Source of the DNA: Lama guanicoe
Lineage: Eukaryota
DNA: 64,000 nt
Direction of reading: 5' to 3'
Assembly: GCA_013239625.1 (NCBI GenBank)
Contig: MU054323.1
Location: forward strand, 10,633,186-10,697,185
Shown here piece by piece: positions 52,960 to 64,000 of the stretch. Position 1 is the first letter of the stretch; every line of letters begins with the position of its first letter. The notes under the pieces are model-generated. The model was not told the origin of the DNA. It did not search any database and worked only from the letters and a program-made list of their open reading frames with translations. The position numbers were made by a program, and so were the translations under genes.

Positions 52960-55390
52960 ATGCAGTGCATCACCCCCTTGCATTCTCAGCTTAGGTTCTA
53001 GGGTTCATCACCATAATAATTCCACTGTAACAATTCCCTTGCAAACAACTGCAACTTGCTTGCCCTCTCCTCTCTCCTTCACAATTGTCCTGAGCAGCTG
53101 AATGTGGTGGTGGGAAAGGAAGGGAGCAGAGGAGAGGGGGAAATACACCAGATGCTGACAAGTCTCACCACCACAAACCTAAAGAGGGCTCTCAAGATTG
53201 CCCGGAAATCCTTCTGTAACCCCTGATGGGCTCAATCCACTCTCCTTCTCTCTAGCTCCACTACTTCCAAGTTTCTCTTACCTTTTGCACCTCCAATTTC
53301 CCCCAACTCTATTCCTCCACATTCTCAGCTAGTGACCTTGTTTCTTATATCACTGAGAAAATGGAAGCAAATCTACCAACTTACAGGTATCAATACTTAT
53401 ATAAGCTTCCTTCTCTCTTGTAACAGATACGCTGTCTACACTCCTAAGCAGTGGCAGCTTCTTCACTTGGATGCTAATCTTAACACTTTCCAAGAAATCT
53501 GCTGTTGCAATAGTCCGCCCTTTCTCTTGCATCAACAACCCCCCCCACCACTTCCAAGTCAATCTCTTCTGCAGCAAATGTATATCATCTTTAAAGAGAG
53601 AGAGAAAACTTCCTTGACCTTCACACTTTTCTTCAGCCATCATCCTGTTACTCTGCTCTCCTTCACAGCTAAATTTCTTAAAAGATTTATCTATGCTTCT
53701 GTCTCCGCTTTTTCCCTCTCATTTTCTCGTAAACTCAATAAAATCATGACTGTCTCCACTACTACATGTCAAGGTCCCCAATAACCCCAAGTTGCAGATA
53801 CAATGAACAAGTTTTTGTCCTTATCTTACTAGACCTCTCAGCAGCACTGGACACCACAGATCCTCCCTGCTTCTCAGATTCTTCACATCTTAATGACCAC
53901 ATGATCCTTGGTTGCCATAGTCCTTGCCTCCTACTTCAGTGGCAGGTCCTCTTTACTCTTCTTTGCCAGATCCTCCTCATTTTCCAAGCTGTACAAATGG
54001 AACATTCTCCACTTCCCAGGAATAACTGCCTAAGAGATTTCATGGCTGAATGCCATATTTCATCACCGAGGTTTTAACCAGCTAACAATGATCAATAACT
54101 ATGAATTTCAAGTGACCCCAGGACACCAGACCCTCCCTGGACTTCACTGAAGACTTGACCAATGAACAAGGGACTTGTTTTAACCAAGCAAGTACAGAGT
54201 TAGGAACTCATTCTCTCCTATCCAAGTGCTGATTTTCAATTGTGAATTAGCATCATCACCATGTAAGCCTCTCTCTAATGCTTTAAAAACTCTGACTTTA
54301 ATTTTTTCAAGAACTATTCAGTGAATTTCTTGCCTGACATGTAAATAAGCTCAGCTTTTTTCTTTTTTTAAACTCGATAGGTGACGGGGGTCTCTATTTT
54401 ATTATTTGACAATTGTTAAAAGTTGGGGAGCTGGGGATATTCCTCTTCTCCAACTAAACTCACTCTCAAAAGTGATCTCATCCTGTTTCATAGCTTTAAA
54501 TATCATCTACATACTAATACTACTAAATTTACATCTCCAGGCCCAATGTCTTCTCTGAACAGCGGAATACATATCCAACTGCCAGTTTGAAATCTCCATT
54601 TGATTCCATGATAAGTATTGCCAACAAATGCAAAAATAAGCACTTGATGTCATTCCACCTAAACCCCAGGTGTTTCCTATTTCAGAAAGCGATGACAAAA
54701 TCCTCCTGGTTACTTGGGCCAAAACCAAGGAGGAAGCCTTAACTTTATTTTCCACATCCCACATCAATTCATCAACCAATCTTGATGGCTCTACCTGCAT
54801 TTTGCCCCTCTCATCTCTCCCTACATCACCTCTCACCCTGACAACTGCTCTAAGATCCCAGCTGGTCTCCTGCTTCTACTACTGCTCACCTTCAGTGCAT
54901 TTTCCACACAGCAATTAGATTGACACTACAGCCCTGAAAAAGCTTTCACATTTCTTGCCACGGCCTAGCCCTTGAAAGCCCCACATGATCTGGCCTCTGG
55001 TTCTTTCTCTGACCTCATCTACAATCCAATTATATTAATCTTGTTCATACTCCAGCCCCACAGGAATCCTTGCTATTTCTAAACTTGCCAAGCACACCCC
55101 CACCTCAGGGCCTTTGCACTGGTGGGTCTCTCAGCCTAGAAAGCTCCTCTTCCCTAAAGAGATGTGGTCTTTCACTCTCTCCATCCAGTTCTCTGCCCAA
55201 AGAGAGCTTCCTGATCATCCTGTAGGAAATCAGCACTTCCCATTAACTACTCCCTATCCTTTTGCCCTGCATGTATTTCTTTTATATTTATATTCATTTG
55301 TTTATTGTATCTTTCCTGCATTGGTCACTGCTACTTCCCCATGCCTGGCACACAGTAGACACTCAATAAATATTGTCAAGTGAATGAAGC
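52960..55390 (+). mobile_element. Long L2 LINE (ORF2 RT region to 3' end), interrupted by an LTR
   Basis: Translation VLILLDLSAALDTTD (ORF 53766-54077) matches the L2 RT motif LILLDLSAAFDTVD. 3' end cctggcacacagtagacactcaataaatattgtcaagtgaatgaa. Confidence 0.88.
53990..54411 (+). mobile_element. Probable ERV solo LTR inserted in L2
   Basis: TG...CA termini, ccaat box, TATA-like ctttaaaaac and a taaataag signal. L2 sequence resumes on both sides. No clear TSD. Confidence 0.5.
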
Positions 55391-55789
55391 CAGAACCCTT
55401 GAGAAAATAATTAGCTCTGGTATTTATCAGCTGTTTAACTCAGGCTAATAACATACTCTGCAAAACCTCAATAATTCAAAAATGATGATAATACAAGAAT
55501 AATGGATGCTTTACCAACTCTCAGGGTTTTGTAAGGGTCAGGTAAGATAATGCGCACATGATGTACTCTTTGAACATCAGTCCTGCCATTCTTGAAGCTT
55601 TATGCTTCTACCTGTTTTACAATCTGAAAGGAATGGGATTCTTAGTTCCTTTCCTATCCAGGGATCTAGGATACAACGTCCAGAAATCAGAAGTGCTCCC
55701 AAAGAGCTTCCTCTCTATTACACGCTAGTTAATTATTAACTCTGCCAACTGTCCATGATCCCTACTACCCCAATATGACCCAACTGGCA

Positions 55790-56342
55790 ATGTCTCTATT
55801 TCCAGTGTTTATTTTTTACATGTCTCGCTCTGTGTCTATTTATTTCTAAGCCAATGTACATAATATAGTGAATATATCATACTTGCATCGATATAAATAA
55901 TAAAGAGCTATGTGTATGCGACAGTTATTTACATGAATGCCCTGGGTTCACTAGCAAGCATGTTTTACAAACCTCTATCAATAAAATGTAAAAATGCTTC
56001 TTTTTTAAATGCTCCTTGGAACTGCTCCTGGCTTGCCTCATACACATTTTACTTATTTATTTTCCTCCCAACGATAAACAATCGGTGACAGCCTGTTGGT
56101 TTTTCCCCCGTATTTGAAAACACACTTAATAATGCATTCTTTTACAATGATTTTGTGTCCCACAAAGCAAAGTTTAATGTGGCCAAATAAACAGTCATCT
56201 GGATGTCAAACAGTGGTGAGCAGGCACAGCAAAGCCCGGTGCACGGGAGGGCCTCCTGTCTGGGACTGGCAGCCCAGGAAAACGGCTTCAGTATTCATGG
56301 GGCTGAGCCCACACCTGTGCAGCCAAAGAAACCTCAGAGAAT
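55790..56342 (-). other. Putative 3'UTR of a minus-strand gene
   Basis: Repeat-free AU-rich stretch after the stop. AATAAA at 55813-55808 preceded by UGUA and followed by a GU/G-rich element. Second AATAAA at 56061-56056. Pumilio element TGTAAATA at 55933-55926. Confidence 0.6.
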
Positions 56343-56400
56343 TTACATGACTACTGGCGTCGGCGGTGATGTCGGAGTTGTGACAGGCAGTTCATTTAGT
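56343..56400 (-). CDS. Probable terminal coding exon segment, (x)LNELPVTTPTSPPTPVVM*; gene not identified
   Basis: Strong acceptor on the minus strand (tgctaat branch, tctccctcttccctct...tctgttttttag|A). Four CpGs retained within ~25 bp in a CpG-poor window. TAA at 56345-56343 followed by UTR-like sequence. The other two frames stop almost at once (TK* or x-AC TAA) and cannot be excluded. Confidence 0.55.
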
Positions 56401-58314
56401 CTAAAAAACAGATGTGATTTTTAGAGGGAAGAGGGAGAATTAGCAGATGTGTCCTTTGTCCTAAACACACAGACCTCCCCACACCTTCTCCAGGCCTGGA
56501 AATGAGGGGACTGCACTAGCGCTCACTAAGCAACTCTCCAGTTCACGTAGTCAATTCTCCGGCGTTTGCTTTCACATTTCCTTCCAAATGGCTCATTCAG
56601 AGGGGAGCTATTAGTGTCAGGTGGAACCTGAGTGGAACTAAAAGGCCCCCACTCCACCTCACCTTTCTCTAAACCTCACTCCCCCTGCCAGGAAGGTTTG
56701 CACTCTTTCTTGGTAGCTCAAGTCCTGAAGCAAAATTTATTATTTCTCATAATGTTATCTTGTACCATTAAAAGTCATAACTTCAACACATTTTTCTTGC
56801 CTCTTCCCAATCCCAAAAGGACCCATGTATAACTACTGAATTCATTCAGTGGTGAGCCCCATCTGTCAGTCAATAAAAGCAGGCACTCCTTCCCAAGACA
56901 CAGCATCAAGGAATATTGAGGGCAACACAAAAGAAATTGTCAGCATGGTCCCAGCTCTTGGGGAGTTGGTTACCTGCAGGGTGTACTAGACCCACACCAA
57001 AAAGAGAACCACATGGAGGTTGCTGCAGAAACGGCTAAAATGTGTACATTTGAAGCCATCACACTCTGACCACTACTTATTTTTTGTCCTTTTTCCCACT
57101 CAGAATCCTCTCACATTGTATGGTCTCCATTACTCGTAAGTTTCCAAACTTTTTCCCAAGCCAACATCCATCTAGAACATCCCCATCGACCTACTGCTTT
57201 CCTAAATCTTTCCCTTCCTTAAAGGCCCAAGCCAAATCCCTCCTTCTCCAAGGTTCCCCATCTTCCCTGAGCTACAGCCCCATCAAAGCAGCTGAGCCAG
57301 GATTCAGAGTGGGCCAAACAAAACTTGTGCGGGGCCCTCGTGCCTCCTTAACCACCATGGCTTATTGTGCTTAGTGCCATTCAGGCCATTTATCAAACTT
57401 GCTCAAACTACCTTAGCTATTTATGACAATGAAGTGTAGTAGTTTATTAATCTCACTCACAAGTCTCAAGCTCACAAATTTAGAAGAAATTATGGCCAGA
57501 TCACGGGCACAGACCCCAGGTATCCCCTAATATTATGTCTATGCAGGCCACCAGCGACTCATAATTCATGGCCAAAGCCGGGTAATGAAGGCAATGGGAC
57601 ATTCGATGCTGCCTCTTTAGAATTTGTGTCCCAAGTTGCTACATTCTGACCTATCTAGAGATGACTTCAGTGTCCCAGGAAAGAGTTCCTGACTGGCCTG
57701 TGAGCCCTGCGATGTCTCCTCTTGCCCTGGAAACCCTGCTCTAGGTGTGCTTGGTCACTGGTCCAACCTATCTGGCTTTTGGTAGCAGAGGAAGACTAAC
57801 TGGCATTTGTACTAATCCAAGAGTGCAAGGGAGAGGGTATCACCTCCACGTGGCCTTATGCTTCTCACACACACAACAGACCTGAGTGCTTCCATTAGCA
57901 GGGCAACATGACTCTCTGTTCCAGGTTCATTTCTATGACTTGCCTGTATTCTACTCCGTATGAAACTTACTCCACTGTGATCTCAAGCCTATCTTCTCCC
58001 CCTAAAATATGCTGACTAGAATAATAATCAAAAGGAAGCCTTTGAACTGCCCCCAGACCTTTCATCTTGTGATCTCAAAGAGCTTTACCAGGCACTGAAT
58101 AATTAATGTACTGCAAGTGACACAAAGACCAAGCAGCCTGGAGAACCAGTCCATCAATGAAGGACCCTTCTCTTTCTGGGCAAGGGAGTGCCTCTGAGGA
58201 AAATCACCCACCAGCGGGCCCAGAAGTCTCTGGGTAAGTTGGAAAAGAAGCTACAAATTATCCAGAACAACTAGTCTTCTCTTGACCTGATGTTTGTAGC
58301 TGGGAAGTGATATA

Positions 58315-58328
58315 GTTACCATGGTAAC
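58315..58328. promoter_or_regulatory. Perfect palindromic RFX X-box
   Basis: GTTACCATGGTAAC is an exact match to GTTRCCATGGYAAC, in sequence I do not recognise as repeat. Confidence 0.6.
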
Positions 58329-59889
58329 CCCTGGGGAGGGCATGGCCCACCTTCACTAGAAGATGTGAGCTCCAGCACAGGAGAATGTCTCCTGAGGACA
58401 AGACTTCCTTCAGGTCAACTAGGAGAGTCACCTAGAACAGCACCTAGAATGTCTTCAACCCATTGGCAGGACTGCCATGTCCTATTAGTCATCATCCTGT
58501 CTTTTATCTGATGCTCAGTCTGTTGGCCAGGCTTCCAATAGGAAGGGAGCCTGGAATCCAGATAGCACACCACAGCCCTTCCCTTTGGTGTATTACCATG
58601 CGTTTGAGTTCTGAGTGTCTAATCCCCTGTGTTTCCTTCTCAGCATGTCCCCCATCAATCTGCTAGGCTCTGACAAATTTCACCCTAAGCATCCTTCCCC
58701 TGAACCAGCCAAGTTCCCATCTCAAGGGTCAAGCATCAGGCCTGGTGCTGGTTTCCATAGAAATAGTGCTGGCTGAGCTTGAGGCCTTGGAGAGGTTTGA
58801 CATTACATACACCTGACTGCAGGTGTATGTTTCTAAGGTGACCTTTCTGGTTAACCTAAAGGAAGTCTTGTCCTCAGTTTGGAGAATGGTGGAGGTGTCT
58901 GTGACCTGATTAATCTTTCTGCTATATGTAATTCAATGTCCTTGATTTCCAGGACAATCAGCATCATGTCCAAGAGGTTCTGAGTGGGACCGTGGCATCA
59001 CTGGTTGGTCCATACAGCAGGGGTCCTCAGTTATACCTCATCTTTCTTGGTGGCAAATAAGGAGCAGGTGCTCTGGATTGAGACATGCTTAGGCCTGAAT
59101 AGACTCCTGTCCTTGCTGCCTTCCCATTCTATCCCACTCTCTTTAACTAGTTAACTCATCCAATTTAGGGCCTCAGCTCGACTATCAGTTTCTCAAGAAG
59201 TCCTCCCCTGACCTTAAGATTGAAATCAAATGAAGGTGTGTCAGTTATTACAAGTCTGAGAACTGAAAAGTGAAGGGATGAAATTGCCCCTGGAACCACT
59301 CTTGTGGCCATCTAGCTCCTAAGAATAAACCCGTATTTGCATTCCCCTACCCATAGTCCAGGTCAACACCATCAAATTCTTTCTCACCACAATGTTTTAT
59401 TTTGCTTTAACTATTAGGTGGAGAGAGATGAAGCAGGGGGAGGGATCCGTTGCAGCAGGAAGAGAGAGAGAAGAGAAGAGGGAGGAGGGTGACAGAGAGA
59501 CAGTGGTGATATGAGCAATAGGAATGGGCAGAAACAAAGAAGAGAAGAAGGTGGAGAGGGAGACAGAGAAATCATCTGATATTTTTCACTATTTGGAAGT
59601 TACCAAGAGAAGGTTATTCAAAGTACCTCTATTAAAAGGCTGTAAAATACCTTGGGGAAAACATGAAAGTCACGCTGCTACCATACAGATGAGCACCCTG
59701 GAATAAGCTGCCAGAGCAATGTCTGAGAAGAGGAAATTCAATGGCCCACACTGCGGTCTCCTCCCCCTGCCTCCTGGCATCCACTGCCTCCAAATCGCCT
59801 GGCTCTGAAAGCAGAGGCAGTAATTTGAAGCCAGCAAGTGTGAAGGAATGTCGGAGCTGTTATTTGCCTTCATGCAGCACATCTTGAGT

Positions 59890-60060
59890 GCATCTTTTAG
59901 AAAGATAATTTAAAATCCACTTTCAGTTTCACTATAGAAAATCTGAAAAAATCAGGAATGTCTGAAGAAAAAAATAAATATGACCCATACCTCCACATCC
60001 AGAAAACCAGTGTTAACATTTTATGGTATATTGTTTTGTGACTTGGTTTTCACACACTTA
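59890..60060 (-). mobile_element. L1ME 3' fragment
   Basis: cactatagaaaatctgaaaaa...ccagaaaaccagtgttaacattttatggtatatt. Confidence 0.55.
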
Positions 60061-60711
60061 TCAAGATAGCATTTGACTCAGGCCTGTTGAGGAGAAGGGT
60101 GGGAGAGTTTTTCTCCATCCATGAGACCTCTGTCTGCAAGACTGAGAGAAGTCATCTCTGGAAGATCACAGAGCACAGATGCTGAAACATGGAAACTTGA
60201 GATGCTCTCAGCCCAGGGCATGGACCTGTAGTAAAAGGCCACATGGGCCAGTCTTCAGTGGGAAGGCGGGACCTTGGCCTGGGTGGGCCTGGGAGTAGCT
60301 GGGATGTGAATGCAGATAAGTCAGTAGATACTGCATACTCTCAGCATCACTGGACTTCACTGGGCAGAAGGTCAAGGAACTTCTGCTCCAGTAGATGCTT
60401 CAAAGAAGTCAAAAGAACCAAACTGTAGAAAATGTACTGACAGTGCTTGAACCTCAATAGATTTAGTACATTGATTTCATAACTGAGCAAAGATTTTTTT
60501 AAAAAGTAGAATTCCACCCTATTCTCAAAGGGACAGTCAATGAGGGTAAAGAGAGTCCTCTCTCTCTGTGGCCAGTGATATACCCAACAGATGAATGGCA
60601 GCTCTTAAAGCCCCTTCATATGGATTCAAGCCTTTGATTCTCACAATGGTCTCATAAGATAATTTTTTAAATTCCAACTTAGGAAGAAAATGAAGATCAA
60701 AGAGGTTAAGT

Positions 60712-60945
60712 CAGTGTTTCCTAACCTTTTTCCATATCATGACACACAGAAAAAATGACAGTATTTATATGGCACACTGGGGCAAACAGAGGCAACTCAC
60801 ATGAGGTGGAGGGGCTTCAGACACAGCTGGTTCACCTCAGCCTCCCAGAGTCCTGAGGGGCTCAATAGTTTGATATCTCTGCATGCCTGTTGGCCATCTG
60901 CAGCGCACACATAACCACGGCACACCACTGGGGAAGGAAGCTCTG
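60712..60945. mobile_element. hAT-Charlie-type MITE inserted into an antisense MIR (60590-60711)
   Basis: Termini cagtgtttcctaacc / ggaagctctg with internal ggcacactgggg and ggcacaccactgg. The MIR core agaggttaagt ends exactly at the left terminus. Confidence 0.65.
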
Positions 60946-63129
60946 AGCCAAGAGTTGTGGCAGCAGTCACATTGTGAGAAGTGACAGAGAGGACCATCAC
61001 CCTGCATCTTGCCTAGGGGACATCTTGAAACAGAAATGGAGATGTTAGCCACGGAGAAATTCTGGGGCTTACTCCGTGGGCAGAGTCAGGAAAAGAGCAG
61101 GTGTATCCAACACTGTGTCATCACCCACACAAAGCAGGTAATTTGGGTAAATAAGGGCCTTAAAGTCAGATCTGATAGGGCCTTAGAAAGTCCCCTTCAA
61201 GTGTTTTTAACTGCTGACATGCTTCACTGAAGAAAAGGGGTAAAACTCAGCTCCTTTCTCCTCTGGGAAATTCAGAAAATAACTTCATAGGATGGTTACT
61301 AAATAGCCAAAAAGCAATGATTACAAATGACTGAGTTAACTGCCATATGTGGCCTCTTTTGTCATCATACCAGAGTCTTACCAGAAGTCTCATCAGGACT
61401 AGTGGCTCATCATGACTGATGATACTTGCTGACCAAGATGGCTTGGCTCCCTACCTTGCCCCTTCAATCACAGTGGCAGGAGGAGCCTTCCAAGGTTTGA
61501 ATATAAACTCTGAGAAATTGCCTCCAGGAGTGGCTTCCAAGATAATGGGCTCTTTTTCTGCAACTGACACTCTATCTTCCAAAGACTTCCTGGGTCCTCC
61601 TGTCACAGGAGACTAGGGCAATGTCAAGACATGACGGCTACTAGCACCAGGTGTTTAAGACTCTAAACCTCTTAGCCTGCTGAATAAAAAGTTGTGTTCA
61701 ATATGAGTAGTTTACATTCAGGCAGCATCTACATAACTTTTAAACCTCTGGGTGGTAAATGAAAATACTTCCTCAGTTCCCTGACTCTCTCCAAATGCAA
61801 ACCAAAGGTTTCCATTCTCATGAGGAGAGCGTGCCCTATATTGATCCAGCCCAAGAGAAATAGCGGGATTGAGCATTAAAAATATTTGGAGGAGATGAAT
61901 GACACTTACAATGAATGAAAATTGGATACTACTACTTACATCACTTATAACTGTATAAAGAGTGCTTCTGATTTCTAGGGGTGTTCTGTCAACGACCTGG
62001 AAAGGTGTTGTAGGAAAGCAAAGTCAATTCCCTACTAATTGCTCAGAAACAGATTAGCGGTGGGAAGGGAGGAGGCATCACTTTGCCCTGGGCCTTGCAC
62101 ACAGAGTAAATAAACTCTTATTTTATGTGCAGGATGTATCCAGAAACTTCTAGAATCCCAACATCCATGAATACTGCTGTAGCATATCATTTCCTCCATA
62201 AAATGCATTATCACAATAGGCAGAAAACAACAAATCATCCACTAAGTGACTGGTGACCACACCCAGCCTAAGAGTATGAGGTTTTCAAATTATTCCCTCA
62301 ACAAAATGACAGTTTGTTACATATCATGGAATTTGGAGGCACTTCCAAATGGTAGAAACTATGACTATTAAATCTGCTACTATTGACAAGTTGCTGCATT
62401 CAGAATATGAAAGTTATGGGAATAGAACCAGATCCAAAAGCTACTATTCCAGGCACACTGGGATTCAGTGGGGATATGTTGCAGTTCTAGACTTTGAAAC
62501 AAGCAAGGTGGAGGCAAGAATTATTAGCACACACCCCAGGAGTTCTATCTTTGGCTTCCTCACTGTCCACGTTTGTAGATCTGTTCATTTTTCTTGTCCA
62601 AGTAGCAATTATCTCCACAACAGGGTTAAGTCACCCATGAGGTAGAAAGGCATGTTTGTGGATTGCTAATTGTTAGGGAGATCCCAAAAATAAAGGCATT
62701 GAGCTCCTGACCCTCCATAATGGATATAAATGGAATGGATATAAGACAAACAGAAAAACACTCTAGAATATGAAGCAGCCTGCCGGCAAGAGCAGTAAGA
62801 AAACTGGGAAGTGAGTAGCAGGAAATCCACTCACAGAACAAATAGTAGGGCATGACACATAATTGGATAGCGGGCCCTCGCCTTGCAAGGGGGACACTGA
62901 AGAAGAGTAGCCCAGCTGGGCTCCCTGAAAGTCATGGAGAAATTAACAAGCACGATCAGGGAGGACAAAACCTCTATGTCACCCCAACAGAATGAAATGG
63001 CAGCCAGAGCTTTGAATTGTCACTGCTTAGAGATGTACGATGGGAGGTGTGGGTTTATTAAAAGGGCTCTAAACTAGATTGGGAAGAGGAGGACAGATGG
63101 TGGATTCCAGATGGTGCCATATCATCTTG

Positions 63130-63385
63130 GAGTTTAGATCATGGGCTTAGACATCAGAGTGACCTGAAATCAACTCACAGTTCCAACACTTACTACCACC
63201 AGGGTGACCTCAGGTAAGCTATTTAACTTCCCTAAGTTTCGCTTTCCTCATCTGTGATGTGGGAACAATAATACAGTCAACCTTACATGCCTGCCTTGAA
63301 GCTTCCATGAGAAAGTGCTTATGAACCACTTAGCACAATGCCTTGTGTAGAGTAAGCATTCAGTAAATGTTACCCATATCACCAT
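63130..63385 (+). mobile_element. MIR SINE (near full length)
   Basis: acttactaccaccagggtgacctcaggtaagctatttaacttccctaagtttcgctttcctcatctgtg...cacttagcacaatgccttgtgtagagtaagcattcagtaaatgtt. Confidence 0.88.
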
Positions 63386-64000
63386 AAACAATGATGTATT
63401 ATTATCATAGTAAGTAAAGGAAATGCTGGACAAAATTTGAGCCCATCCATTAAGAGGTCTGAGTTCTAAAATTGTAGGAAGAGTCCATATGATGCCTAAG
63501 AGGGAGAACACGAGTTTTATGGCAGCAAAGACCTATAATCCAGACACAGACACAGGGATGGGGCAAGTTTTCAGGGCTGTGTAGACAGTGACAGGAGGGA
63601 TTGAAGGGATGGTCTCGGGAAAAGGTGGCAATGGGAGCTTGGGCCTGCTGATCCTGGCAGATCACTGGCCAATATCAGAGAAGGCAATAGCCCATGGCCT
63701 GAATGTGGAACTCTGATATTTACAAAATGTGGAGAGGGCCAGATACATTGTCAGTCTGACAGCCAATAAAGCATAAATTAGGTTACCAAGGTAAGAATTG
63801 AGGTGTGGAAAAACAAGTTAGGGACCCATTAGGAGGAAGACTTGGAGAACAAGCAGGAGAACAGAGCATAGAACCAACATGGGACCCAGGTGTCAGCTTC
63901 CTTCTGACCCTGCATCCTAGATTCACTGACTGCAACCAAGTCATGTGTGCTCTTTATATTCATTCCCTTCACCCAGCTTCAAGCTCAGACAAACAGTGCG

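Noticed and set aside
53332..54077. 150-aa and 103-aa ORFs
   Set aside because: Decayed L2 ORF2 sequence (LLDLSAALDT motif), not host genes.

Overview
Mammalian (eutherian) nuclear DNA, AT-rich and CpG-depleted, with no CpG island and no prokaryote-like features. It is dominated by ancient repeats: many MIR and L2 copies, L1M/HAL1 fragments, CR1/L3 fossils, MLT1 LTRs, and hAT MITEs (MER5, MER53, MER91, Charlie-like). Two short young L1 3'-UTR insertions with intact target-site duplications look cetartiodactyl. I saw no Alu, B1/B2, Bov-A/Bov-tA, PRE1 or SINEC elements, so a camelid source is my inference. None of the ORFs in the track looks like a real gene. The one gene-like structure is a probable terminal exon plus ~550-nt 3'UTR on the minus strand (~55790-56400), which would make 56401-64000 last-intron sequence and 1-55790 downstream intergenic DNA. 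I cannot name that gene from the sequence. Best leads: the terminal exon; a perfect RFX X-box in the presumed last intron; a degenerate Gypsy-like pol (RNase H/integrase) remnant at ~5.4-6.6 kb; a readable CR1 RT fossil; a palindromic MER53; and an unexplained 185-bp insert in an MLT1 LTR. I found no convincing novel multi-gene system. Repeat family names come from recalled consensus sequences, not a database search, and repeat boundaries are approximate.
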